This document shows positions 1 to 11,979 of a stretch of 42,834 nucleotides of DNA, piece by piece. Position 1 is the stretch's first letter; every line of letters starts with the position of its first letter. This DNA is from Nemertoderma westbladi (lineage: Eukaryota; Animalia; Xenacoelomorpha): the NCBI GenBank assembly GCA_032718475.1, contig JAUCBJ010003054.1, positions 1 through 42,834 on the forward strand, read 5' to 3'. The notes under the pieces are model-generated. The model ran no database searches. It was not told the origin of the DNA and was given only the letters and a program-made list of their open reading frames with translations. A program made the position numbers and the translations under genes.

Positions 1-689
1 ATGATTACAACTGAGAGTATTTTAGATATTTTATTGTTCATCATCTTTTAAATCGTGAGGAACTAACGTGCAGTCTGTGACTTACTCATTAATTTACTTT
101 CACTATACCGGTACCCTATAATATCTGAGTATTGTACACGTTCGTGGGGCGTCGCGCAGCACGCGAATTTGAGCAAGGTCGAAACAAGTTAGATTTGATC
201 TGGAGTCAAAAGTTCGAGAAGTATTTACCCGTAACTTTCAAAGATATCGGAACTTTTGACTGAGATTCAACATCTGATGTAACGTTTTGACTAGGCCTAT
301 CTGCCAAAAGAACCTCCACCTATCTGCCAACATGTACAGTAGGTAGGCCTACCTTATGCCTTACCAGCACCATGGTACTCGTGAAAGGCTGCATAGCCTC
401 AGGATGACTGCTTCTACAGACTGTGATTTAGGTAGGTACCGGCACTGGTGATTTACACAGCATTGATGATTCAGTCCCGGCAATTTTGGAAGCGATGTAT
501 TACCGAGAGTTTACATTTCCGAGGAAATATACTGTAGTTACATCACTCCGCGTTTTAATAACGACCGAATATAAGGATTCATAAATGACATAGGCCTACA
601 CCGAGCGATCGATGTTTTCTATCCAGCGATTCCTCAGGAACTGGCGGGACTTCCATCTTATATAGGCCTACCGAGTTGAAGTCGGTACC

Positions 690-1670
690 TCGGAAAGAAG
701 GAATAACCTTCGTACACTGAGACAAAACAGGCAATATTATCATTGTCAATTGTGGACAGGGAGATGTAGACAGCAGAGATCCTCTGGAACCTACAGGACG
801 ATCCACATATACTGATATAAGAAAGTAGGTCACAACCCCACTTCGAAATTTCGAGCACAACTAATTAAGAGGTTGAAAGCGTTTGCCCTTGACGACCCTG
901 ATCTCGCCCTGAAACACCCGTCAATGGGTTACCCATTCCCTCTATTGAAGAATCATAAAGACAATGACCAATGGATAGATTGGAACAACGGAACGGTTTG
1001 TTTCTTCCAAAAGAGAGATTAGTTAATTCCACTTTGGGCACTTTTTCTGATTTATCGGGCAACCTACTAAGCTACTTAACTCGATCATCCAACCACTACT
1101 GGAAAGAATGCCACATTTCGTGAAAGATTTGCGAACTTCGCGCTACTTAATTCCCCAAATTGCGTCCATTGCCCTAACCTTCGCGGCATTAGATGTTGTC
1201 GACATGTACCCGCCGATTGGCCACGATGTCGCCGTGGACGCCGTAGTAGAGTCGGTTACGGAGAACGAGGACATTCTGTGTTAAACTGGTTATACTGTAG
1301 ATCAGGTTGTTATTCTACTCAAATACTGTAGGTATTGTCCCATACCTATTTTGGTTTTCAGGGTATATTTTACGTGTTATTTAAGCGTATGGGTATGGGC
1401 GGGACGGCTGGTAAGGATGTAGCTGTTGTGGTCGTTAATAGAATTCACATGCATGTGAACATATTATTATCCCTGGTCTGCGCAATTTACTTCCGCACTT
1501 ATGGTATCACGCTACAACCAGATTGGATCCGAAGTTTTTGGGGTGAGCGACATTAAATTAACTTTTGAATTTTCCAACTCGAAATCTGTCTTTTTGTATT
1601 TAGAGTTGGAACAGGCCCAACGTAGCCATCCCGCCATATCCGTAGCTTCAGGAATGAAAGGGCCCCACCC
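690..1670 (+). pseudogene. Penelope-like element (PLE) reverse transcriptase, degraded
   Basis: Across frameshifts and stops the + strand gives PLE RT motifs in order: ITFVH*DKTGNIII (ADKG motif), FPLLKNHKD (LPKIHK), KLLNSIIQPLLERMPHFVKD, FAALDVVDMYPPI (FDVxSLF), HTYFGFQGIFYVLFKRMGMGG (YFxFxGxxYxQxxGxAMG) and IKLTFEFSNSKSVFLYLEL (IKFTxE..LxFLD). No intact YxDD or GIY-YIG domain seen. Confidence 0.8.
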
Positions 1671-2967
1671 CGACCTGGCAAACACCCCCGCTAGTACGTC
1701 CTCCTCCAACTCCAACATTTTCTGGTCCTGAACGACAATCTGAGGATAACAGCTTTCAGGAACTTCCACACAGACATAGACATAATGTTTCAACCTACTG
1801 TACGGCGTTTTGGTGATTATTTCCGCTAACATTTATTCGGTTGATGTTCCACCTACTGTACGTTTCCAATTTACTTTATTCGGCGGTTGCTGGGGAACCA
1901 TAATTTGAAGGGATATATGGTGTGAAGGGAGATATTTTGTTGGGCAATGTTTATTTTCGGTGCAGTAAGTCTTATACATTTTATATGTTTTAATATTTTT
2001 GTACACTTATACATTCTAGTTAGTTAGTAGTCATTTATTGCATTCGTTCGTCTGGAGACGGTCCCTTAGCCCCTTTATAATAAGTAACCCCATGGAACAC
2101 TATCGTACTTTTATATACTTAGGCCTTCCCCTCTTAACTATTTCACTTACCCCGTGTCATCAATGTTTATCTTGGTTGCTAGGAGACATTCAACTTTGTT
2201 TACGTTGGTCGTTAAGGCCGGAGTACCGCCCCCCCCCCCCCCCCCCAACACTTTTTGTAAATGTCTACAATTTCTACTGAAATTAAAATATTTGATTTTA
2301 TACAGTATGGGCTGGTAAAATATGGCTAAACAGTTGTTTTTTCGAAAAATTTTCAAATTTCCAGGCGCCCTCTTGCGGCCATTGAATGAAACAAGATTTG
2401 CGGTTAAAATGCTATTAGTCTTTCAATTTTAGGAGAAATTGTCTGAAACCAATTTTTTCGAATTACGGAGGTGAGTGAGCTCCACAAAAGTTATCGGTTA
2501 AAAAATTAATTAATATGTATTACTGTAATATTATTATATATATATATATATATATATATTCCTTGTAGCCAAAACGTTTTTTTTACAGAAAAAAATATAT
2601 GCACATATATAGCAAATATACAAGTTTCCAAAACGTCTAACAAGAAAAATATTAATATTGACGAAATAAATATTGGAACCTACTGTAAGTGACTACTACT
2701 AAAATGTAGTAGTAGTTAATACTGAAGACTGGAATTACGGGGAGGTACACCATTTTGATCCAAAATATTTTTAAATTAGTTTTATGATCGATTATAATGC
2801 ACAATTAATTGGTGTTTCCCAATCTAAAACAAATATTTAATAGCTCTTTTATTTTTCACGTTATAACAATTTCCATTTAGGTACAGTATTTTAATGTCTA
2901 CAATGCCAAAATTGTAAATTAAGTGAAAATTTTTACTGAAATTATTAAAATGTTGATTGATTGATGT

Positions 2968-3175
2968 ACGGAGACAGGGAGGGGGGGACTGGATGCAAAT
3001 TCCATATTGGCGAATTAATATCCCCCTCAATGTTAAAATTGCAATATAGGGAAAGGAGCAGGTTACAGTGGCAAGTTATTTTAACCAAAACAATAAACCA
3101 TATACAATAAAACAGCTTACAGTTTTATTTTTGAAAGTTATCAGGTTTTATTTGCGACGAATTAATTTATATTGC
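2968..3175 (-). repeat. Dispersed ~200-230 bp repeat, copy 1 (inverted)
   Basis: GGAAAGGAGCAGGTTACAGTGGCA (3050-3073) is the exact reverse complement of TGCCACTGTAACCTGCTCCTTTCC at ~20572-20595. GAGACAGGG at ~2971 matches the CCCTCTGTCTCTCA end of the other copies. Confidence 0.7.
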
Positions 3176-3744
3176 GTCCAGTTTCCCCCCCCCCCCCCCC
3201 CCCCCCTGGATGTACCACGAGGCATCATCATATACTTGGCCTAATTATGATACGTGTGGCATCATGTACTGTAGGCCCTATTAATAATGTAGTGTACAGA
3301 TACAGTATTTCTATATTTCTCTACATTACTTCTCATTGGTTCCAAAGTTTCTGCTTGATTCCGATCTCCATACTGTAGTATGGGGGGAGGGGGGGGGGGG
3401 GGGGCAACCACTATTATTTATGATAACATTCTTCTACATTTTTGTTATGTTAAAATGTTAAAATATAAGAAGTAATCTTGGACAAAATCTATCTTCTTGT
3501 CTAAACTTTAAATCTACGGCCGTAATCATTGCTGATATTTGATCATGAAATTTAAGATGAAATCTAATTCAAAATAAAGGACACTATTGTAAGTGACTTA
3601 CACTTATGTAGATACTATAAAGAAGTTAATACTGAACACTGGAATTAAACTGAAAATGAAATGAAAGAGATACAGTACACACTTGGGATTTACAAATAGT
3701 GAAATGCCGTTCTGGTCACATACATATCCAGTATCTCTCAGTAC

Positions 3745-6485
3745 GAAATCCAAAGAGTAATCTTAGACGAAATCTAAGCTGAAATCGATGCTGTAATCTT
3801 AAAAGCTAAATCTAAAAAGTAATTTTGGATCAAATCTAACATCTCGTATAATTTGAAATCTAAGACCACAATCCTGATTTAGATTTATTCTGAAATCTAA
3901 GACGAAATCCAAAGAGTAATCTTGGACGAAATATAAGCTTTAATCTATGGGGTAGGGACAAATCTAAGCAGAAATCTATGGGGTAATCTTAGACAAAACA
4001 TAATCTGAAATCTAAAAAGTAATTTTGAACGAAATCTAACCTCTCGTCTAACTTGAAATCTCGGCTTAGATTTATTCTGAAATCTAAGACGAAAACCAAA
4101 GAGTAATCTTGGAATATAAGCCGGAATGAAGCCGACTGTTAAGAACCAACAGCGTAATGTATAGTAGTATATAGATATTCACATACACTACATGATAACT
4201 TCACATAATAGTAGAGTAGTAATTAGTACAAGATACCACATACATCATCAACTTTATATCAGTAACGATATTTACAGAAATTATATTTTACAGTACAGTA
4301 AGTGTGCATTGTACTAGATAAACATTCATTGCCAGCTATTCAAAGAATATTAATAGTAATAATAGCTAAGAGGTACGTACACTTTGAATAATAGTAAAGT
4401 GCCGTTCTGGTCACATACATATATCTCTCAGTACGTTTTGCCTACACCTTGATACATAATTATTTAACTTGTAGCTAGAACGTTATTTTATGAATAACAT
4501 ATGTAACATAAACGTCATTTTTACATTAGTTTTAATCTTGGACGAAATATAAGCTTTAATCTATGGGGTAGGGACAAATCTAAGCAGAAATCTATGGGGT
4601 AATCTTAAACAAAACATAATCTGAAATCGAAAAAGTAATCTTGGACGAAATCTAACCTCTCGTCTAACTTGATATCCCAAACCACAATCTTGGCTTAGAT
4701 TTATTGTGAAACCGAAACGGAAATCCAAAGAGTAATCTTGGACGAAATCTAAGCTGAAATCGATGCTGTAATCTTAAAAGCTAAATCTAAAAAGTAATTT
4801 TGGATCAAATCTAACATCTCGTATAATTTGAAATCTAAGACCACAATCCTGATTTAGATTTATTCTGAAATCTAAGACGAAATCTAAAGAGTAATCTTGG
4901 ACGAAATATAAGCTTTAATCTATGGGGTAGGGACAAATCTAAGCAGAAATCTATGGTGTAATCTTAGACAAAACATAATCTGAAATCTAAAAAGTAATTT
5001 TGAACGAAATCTAACCTCTCGTCTAACTTGAAATCTCGGCTTAGATTTATTCTGAAATCTAAGACGAAAACCAAAGAGTAATCTTGGAATATAAGCCGGC
5101 GGAATGAAGCCGACTGTTAAGAACCAACAGCGTAATGTATAGTAGTATATAGATATTCACATACACTACATGATAACTTCACATAATAGTAGAGTAGTAA
5201 TTAGTACAAGATACCACATACATCATCAACTTTATATCAGTAACGATATTTACAGAAATTATATTTTACAGTACAGTAAGTGTGCATTGTACTAGATAAA
5301 CATTCATTGCCAGCTATTCAAAGAATATTAATAGTAATAATAGCTAAGAGGTACGTACACTTTGAATAATAGTAAAGTGCTGTTCTGGTCACATACATAT
5401 ATCTCTCAGTACGTTTTGCCTACACCTTGATACATAATTATTTAACTTGTAGCTAGAACGTTATTTTATGAATAACATATGTAACATAAACGTCATTTTT
5501 ACATTAAGTTTTAATCTTGGACGAAATATAAGCTTTAATCTATGGGGTAGGGACAAATCTAAGCAGAAATCTATGGGGTAATCTTAGACAAAACATAATC
5601 TGAAATCGAAAAAGTAATCTTGGACGAAATCTAACCTGTCTTCTAACTTGATGTCCCAAACCACAATCTTGGCTTATATTTATTCTGAAATCGAAACGGA
5701 AATCCAAAGAGTAATCTTGGACGAAATCTAAGCTGAAATCGATGCTGTAATCTTAAAAGCTAAATCTAAAAAGTAATTTTGGATCAAATCTAACATCTCG
5801 TATAACTTGAAATCTAAGACCACAATCCTGATTTAGATTTATTCTGAAATCTAAGACGAAATCCAAAGAGTAATCTTGGACGAAATATAAGCTTTAATCT
5901 ATGGGGTAGGGACAAATCTAAGCAGAAATCTATGGTGTAATCTTAGACAAAACATAATCTGAAATCTAAAAAGTATTTTTGAACAAAATCTAACCTCTCG
6001 TCTTACTTGAAATCTCGGCTTAGATTTATTCTGAAATCTAAGACGAAAACCAAAGAGTAATCTTGGAATATAAGCCGGAATGAAGCCGACTGTTTAAAAC
6101 CAACAGCGTAATGTATAGTAGTATATAGATATTCACATACACTACATGATAACTTCACATAATAGTAGAGTAGTAATTAGTACAAGATACCACATACATC
6201 ATCAACTTTATATCAGTAACGATATTTACAGAAATTATATTTTACAGTACAGTAAGTGTGCATTGTACTAGATAAACATTCATTGCCAGCTATTCAAAGA
6301 ATATTAATAGTAATAATAGCTAAGAGGTACGTACACTTTGAATAATAGTAAAGTGCCGTTCTGGTCACATACATATATCTCTCAGTACGTTTTGCCTACC
6401 ACCTTGATACATAATTATTAAACTTGTAACTAGAACGTTATTTTATGAATAACATATGTAACATAAACGCCATTTCTACATTAAG
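3745..6485. repeat. Tandem triplication of a ~977-bp unit built on degenerate GTAATCTTGGACGAAATCTAA sub-repeats
   Basis: Units start GAAATCCAAAGAGTAATCTT at ~3745, ~4720 and ~5699. The marker GAATGAAGCCGACTGTT is at ~4124, ~5102 and ~6078. The copies are near-identical and the third is partial. Diverged sub-repeats extend to ~3470 and ~6650. Confidence 0.9.
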
Positions 6486-7169
6486 TCAGTCTTAATCTTG
6501 GTCGAAATATAAACTGAAATCTATGGGGTAATCTTAGACGAAATATAGCTGAAATCTAAAAAGTAATCTTGGACTAAATATTATCTTTCGTCCTACTTGA
6601 AATGTAAGACTGTAATATTGGCTTTGATTTAATTTAAATCTAAGCAGAAATTCAAACAGTCAGCTTAACTTCAGTAAAAATCCTCCAAATAATTATAATT
6701 TTGTTGTGCATACTGGACATTAGGTTACTCATTCCAGGAATATAACTAGTAATTATAGCTAAGTGGATCACTTGGGATTGACAAATATAGTGAATTACCA
6801 TTCTGGAATTATATGAACTGAAATATAGATTTTAATCTTAGTCAAAAAAGCATTAATCTAGGGCGTACTATAAATCGTAATCTATATAGCAATCTAAGGT
6901 GATGTCCAAGAAGTCTTACCTAAAATGTAATCAAACCTGTCATCACTACAGTGACTTCAATTCTAACTCGCACAAGATGTAAGTAAAGTACAAGCGCTGA
7001 ATTACAACCTAGTGTAGACTCTAATCCGTAATTCGATAAATATTTTAATATTTTTGAATGAATTCATTGGAAATCTATGGCTTTTCAATAAACGACCTCA
7101 GTTAGGGTGTATCATATAACCGTTTTCCCCTTATCCTTTAGTATAACAGGAAACGGCGCAGGGTGCACA

Positions 7170-7490
7170 GCAATGCCTACTATGTACACATAAGTAATGA
7201 TATGTTATACAACTAGGGCGATATCTCGTTGACAAGACCCAGCATCACCCTGCAGAACGCAGAGACGCAGTCTGAAGCTTGTTGGACACTGTTTTCGCTG
7301 GAAGGATCAACCTGTCCGCAATCTCGTGCTGTGGCAACCTTCCTTCGAGAATAGGTGTGGTGGACAGCTAATGACTTTCCTCAAAGGCCTGCTTAAGGAC
7401 ACCAAACTTGAGAATAGGGATGAACTGGAAAACTATATAGCTGAATGTGAAATCTGGGGGCGCTATGTTGTTGCTTCCGACGGCACTGCA
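7170..7490 (+). pseudogene. 3' fragment of an RTE-type LINE (family distinct from 36458-38423)
   Basis: Translates, with a frameshift, as HISNDMLY..RPSITLQ/RRSLKLVGHCFRWKDQPVRNLVLWQPSFENRCGGQLMTFLKGLLKDTKLENRDELENYIAECEIW. This is colinear with the C-terminus encoded at ~38120-38380 (HMTNAEL..STTLRERRLRFSGRYWRSKDEVVPDLLFWQPT...). Confidence 0.75.
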
Positions 7491-8225
7491 CCTTAGTTCA
7501 AACTGATGATCATCATTACTATATATAATAAATTCACAAACCAAATTCAACTGTTTACATTCCAAATTTCCGATCCAATAATCATTGCTTAAATAAAACA
7601 CTCACAATAACCGCGTTCAATTGTGTAATTAAGTCACTCTAAATGAACTTCAGTTACTAATTAGTATATCTCAGAATAACACATAACTTGGTGAACTGTA
7701 TAGTCTGTCAAAGGCTTGAAATAGAATTTGCATAGAATTAAATAATATTTTTATTGAATATGAACATGAACATGAATTTATTATTATTGGTATGGCTGAA
7801 TAAATGTAGTAATATTACTATTAAAATTTGAAGTTAACCACCATGATGATGATGTTAGTTTTCGTAAAATATAAGGCCGATTATTATAAAATTTAGCTCT
7901 TTGTATACATTGGCATTACTTAAAAAATAATAACAGTGAAAAATATACTGTACTTGTACATAAACTATGTATTCTATGAAACTGACGGGAAACCTACCTA
8001 CTGGCTGACAGAAGCTCCTCAAACATATTGTAATCCGTTATATATGTATATATAATCCGTTAGATGTTAAACCAATTTTTGGTGAAGACGTTTTGGCTAC
8101 TTGATAACGTTTTGGCTACTCGTAGCCAAAACGTTTAAAATCTACCAAAACGTCTACCGCATATAACTTGGAGTAGCTAGAACGTCACTGCATATAACAA
8201 ATTAAACGTTTTAGCTACAACGAAT

Positions 8226-8264
<39 letters not shown>

Positions 8265-8639
8265 ATATTATATATATATGAAAAGAGCACATAAACCCCT
8301 GTAAGGAGTATGTTATCTCGGTCGGGGGACCTTAAAAACCCACTGAGTACCAGTTTCATTTAGGGAGAATAAATCTGGGGAATTCGCGCTGAAAATAAGA
8401 TGTTAAAAACTATTTGCCTAATTATTGTCAAATGGCTGAAGAAAATGTTACTTAACGTTTTTGCATAAATGGATATGAATTTCATCAACATTCATAGATA
8501 TTATAATATTAAAATAAATAATTAAGCAAACAGAACACCAATACGTTGATATAATATTATATCTTTTATGAATGAACCTTGTTCATTTTATTAAGTAATT
8601 TAAAAGAAAGTAAATTTTTCTTCTGGTCGTTAGGCCAGG

Positions 8640-8897
8640 GATTGTGCACAAAGTCTTACGACTTATTTCCAATATGGTCCCCCCAGAACTATTAATACTC
8701 CCCAGAGGAAACTCCAGTACTCATTTAGCTACTGTACCACTTAAGGATGCAAGTCAGAGATGCGCCCTGGCTAGTAGCTAGACCCTTTAAAGCATTTGTG
8801 CAGAAACGAAAACATCCCTGGTCCCCATTCTGGGATCGAACCCATGACCTCCAGGGAGATTAAATTCAATGCAAAGGATTTAACCACTACGTCAAAT
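8640..8897 (-). mobile_element. tRNA-derived SINE
   Basis: The minus strand has an A-box-like TGACGTAGTGGTTAA (8894-8880) and a B box GGTTCGATCCC (8842-8832). Downstream AAATGAGTACTGGAGTTTCCTCTGGGG resembles, from memory, conserved central domains of invertebrate SINEs. No complete cloverleaf; the 3' limit is approximate. Confidence 0.6.
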
Positions 8898-9844
8898 ATT
8901 ATATGTTATCTATTTATGTAAACTTCCCTCGCTGCGCTTACTTAATACATAAATAAATACACTAGGGTGTATATCGCTGAAATAGTTATGCTACACATAC
9001 ATCAACTTTTTTTTGTTTTGGTTTTTTATGCAATAATCTGTCTTGTCTTATTTTCCACTAACAGTTGACTAATGGGATGACGACGCCAGTCTATATCTAA
9101 GTGCCAGAATAGGCTCCATGTTCCCACGACCTTTGTCGTGATCCCAATCGTCGTTCCCACGACGATATTTCAATTCTTCAAAATACTACTCCTCCGCCGT
9201 TTTTCACCCAAATTCGATAATTTATGGTTCGTTTGAAAGGTTTTTTGAAGATCTGGAAAAATTATACAGCACTTTTTTGAATTTTTTTTGAATTTTATTA
9301 AAAATGTTAATTAATTTTATTAATTTTAATTTATTAATTTAATTTATTTACTTAAAAATTAATAAGTTAAAAAATCGGCTGGATAATTTTTGTAGATTCG
9401 AATGTGCTGAGTCCAAAAAAGTCGGTTTCAAAACATTTGAATAAATATTAAGGGACTAGTTGTGTTTTTAGTGAAATATTTAATTCCGCACTCGCCGCTA
9501 GAGGAACACAAAAATTTTAGAATTTCAATTTTTGTTGCTTTTTGGCCTTCCCCACGTTGGCTGAACACCAAAAACAGTGATATTGACCTACAACACGAAG
9601 TTAGAGCTGTTTAAAATATATCTCCTGAGGGGGTACCCCCCCCCCCCCCCCCCCCCCCCCCAATTTCTGCAAAGGAGATGCGCATATCTGTACACGATAC
9701 CCTATTATGTTTGGAAGCTTCTCAAAGTAGGTCTTCAGGAGATTCAGCCTTAACCTTGGTGGTTGGTTGGCTTTTCCTCCCAGTTTTATTGAATACCATG
9801 CCTGGCTTGATTGCCTGCTATCAATCAGTCCACCAAACCGATCT

Positions 9845-10490
9845 ATATTAACTGACAACGGTGGTAAATTTATTGCAATAAGCTTACAGAACTTTGTATA
9901 AACTCAATTTTATTCATGAAGTGACAGCAGTGACAGCACCATACTCACCATTTAGTAATGGGGTCACAGAAAGGCTTAATGGTCTTATTAAAGACATTTA
10001 TCATCGAATCAAGCTTTCAAATTTATCATCGAATGATAATTCAAGTTTTTCTGATTATAAAATTTTGGCTATGGCAACTTTTGTAAAGAATGCATGGCCA
10101 AATAATCAGGGTTATTCTCCCCATCAAATTATATTTAGCAGGGTCCCAAACATTAGAGGTTTCTTAACAGATAACATTAGTGCATTGGAGAATTCAAAGT
10201 CAAGCAGTCAATTAGTAATATATCATATATTACTGAAGAATCAAGTCACGGAACCGTTTGCTACTAGAACCGTTTCTTCATACCGAGTTCTGCCGGGCCC
10301 TTTCAAGAAATATTAGACCCACAAATCGCAATATTACTTTAACGAGATACTGGATATATTTATCACAATGAGAAATGGAATGGTCCCGCCAAAGTTGTTG
10401 CTGTGAATGGCTCCGAAATGCTAGTTAGTCATGGGTCGTGTTATATAAGATGTTATCGATCCAAGATTCGATTAGATGATAATATGTAGT
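9845..10490 (+). pseudogene. Copia integrase core and C-terminal domain, frameshifted
   Basis: ILTDNGGKF (~9845-9872), TAPYSPFSNGVTERLNGLIKD, KNAWPNNQGYSPHQIIF (ORF 9894-10316), then KWNGPAKVVAVNGSEMLVSHGSCYIR in another frame. Confidence 0.85.
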
Positions 10491-10862
10491 TAGGAATTAT
10501 TGATGAAACGAATGATGATAATATACAACTACTACTAATACTACTACTAGATCGAGCGAACTCGGACAGTGGAAATGAGATCCTTCCAGGCTTTCCGATT
10601 CTCCATAGTTGTTGTAATTTCGTTTCTCTCAAGTTCTCTCAAGAACTTAGTCTTCAGGTGCCTGGAGAGATCTGATTTTCAGATGGTATCCATTTACCTA
10701 TGTAAACTACCCATGTCTTTGCTTTCCTATCTTCTATGTCTTTTTAACTACACCCTATCCATGACCCAAGGTACTGGAAGTCGTCAACCTTCCTTAGTTG
10801 ATTATTATCAATTATTGTCAAGTTTTCATTAACATTAAAAGTCGTGAATTCGGTCTTGGTAG

Positions 10863-10953
10863 CAGTCAGTCTTTAGTTGCATCTATCTCTAACTTATCTC
10901 ATATCTCCTATCTCATATCCTTAGAGATAAGATATGCAACTAAAGACTGCCTG
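10863..10953. mobile_element. Miniature palindromic (MITE-like) insertion
   Basis: CAGTCAGTCTTTAGTTGCATCTATCTCTAA ... TTAGAGATAAGATATGCAACTAAAGACTGCCTG forms an inverted repeat around TATCTC repeats. It is not present in the LINE copy at 36458-38423. No clear TSD. Confidence 0.6.
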
Positions 10954-10985
10954 TTCAGTAGAAGTGGAATAAATATAAAGGTGAA

Positions 10986-11078
10986 TGTCAGGGGAGAGTG
11001 GCTGAACCTATTAGCGCTACTGAAGATGCCTGATAGGCCGAAACAAACGTATAGCGCTGGTTCAACCCCCTTGTGACA
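10986..11078 (+). ncRNA. Type I hammerhead ribozyme motif (retrozyme / PLE pseudo-LTR type)
   Basis: Stem I AGCGCTA (11013-11019) pairs with TAGCGCT (11052-11058). Core CTGAAGA (11020-11026); stem II GCCT-gat-AGGC (11028-11038); GAAA (11040-11043); minimal stem III AC-aaac-GT; cleavage triplet GTA (11049-11051). Stem I extends through TGAACC/GGTTCA past a TATT bulge, then TGTCAGGGG/CCCC..TGACA. Confidence 0.85.
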
Positions 11079-11979
11079 CGCTTTCTCATTTTTTCCATTT
11101 CTGAACAACTTATTGAAATATATTTTGGCTCTTACGCTGCAGTTTCTCTATGTGAGCTCCATGTGTGAAGTCCCCTGTTTCTATATGTAGCATATATTTT
11201 CCTTGTAGGGCTGACCTCGGTGTTTGGTGGCTGCCCAAGCAAGTCGCTGATGTGATCTTTCCAGGCGCCTCTTTTTGCCGACCAGATACCTCAGTTACAG
11301 TTTGCCAGGTAGGTCTTGATTGTTGCTGTATGTGAGCAGTTGTACTGTAATTGATTCAGTTTTATCCTGTATGTACTTTTCCTGGCTGATGCTGTAGGCC
11401 AATTTAAGATCGTCCTTAGCTTTCTCAACCTTGTTAATGTTTTCGGTTGTTGGTTGTTCGGTTTTAACTTTGTAGGCTATCTTAAGATCTTCTCTCTTAC
11501 AAGTAACCTCAGAGTCTTGCCATGGCACATAATGTTTTCTTTTGGGTTTCTGGGGAATATCTCGTGGTTGATTCCTTTAGGCTTTTAGTATCTGTATCTG
11601 TTGTATAATAATATACAACAGACTGGTGATATTGAAGAATGTAATGAACCAATTATTTCTGATCAAAATATGATTAACAAAACTAGTAGTATGCGGCAAA
11701 GTGTATCCTATACATCAACTGATGGTAGTGCTATAAATTCAAATATTGGTACCATAAATGAAAATAATGAGTCTGCAAATTTCTGCCAAATTTCTGTCTG
11801 GGAATTCATCAATAGAAGCAAATTTGCTCGATGCAATTCCAGATATAGATAATGACCTTAATGCATCTAACAGGGTAATATGATTTATGTTTTTGAATCT
11901 AGATATCCAACAAGAGAAAGGAATGCACCTAATTATTATGGTTACTATGGAGAATGAGCAAATACCTTATTAAATGACA

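Larger units (their letters stand above)
2559..8224. mobile_element. Putative non-autonomous TIR DNA transposon inserted in a (TA)n microsatellite
   Basis: Left end TTCCTTGTAGCCAAAACGTTT (2559-2579) matches the reverse complement of the right end, TTCGTTGTAGCTAAAACGTTT (8204-8224), at 19/21. Each end abuts a (TA)n tract (~2535-2558, ~8225-8279). Subterminal CCAAAACGT motifs recur at ~2628 and 8088-8155. No transposase ORF inside. Confidence 0.55.
10530..11607 (-). mobile_element. Internally deleted RTE LINE inserted in copia pol, 12-bp TSD
   Basis: Reverse-complement matches to the LINE at 36458-38423 (3' end with (TAG)n tail, ~37770-37990, ~37215-37250, ~36480-36930). TSD ATAATATACAAC at 10518-10529 and 11608-11619. 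Removing the insert gives continuous DETNDDNIQQTGDIEECNEP. Confidence 0.9.

Noticed and set aside
579-1832. Minus-strand small ORFs as genes
   Set aside because: They are antisense to the Penelope-like RT relic, whose motifs are on the + strand.
8820-8897. Functional tRNA gene
   Set aside because: A and B boxes are present, but there is no convincing acceptor or anticodon stem; better explained as a SINE head.
9070-9600. DNA-transposon-like non-coding segment with a repeated GTTCCCACGAC motif
   Set aside because: No paired TIR, TSD or second copy in the window; insufficient evidence to call.
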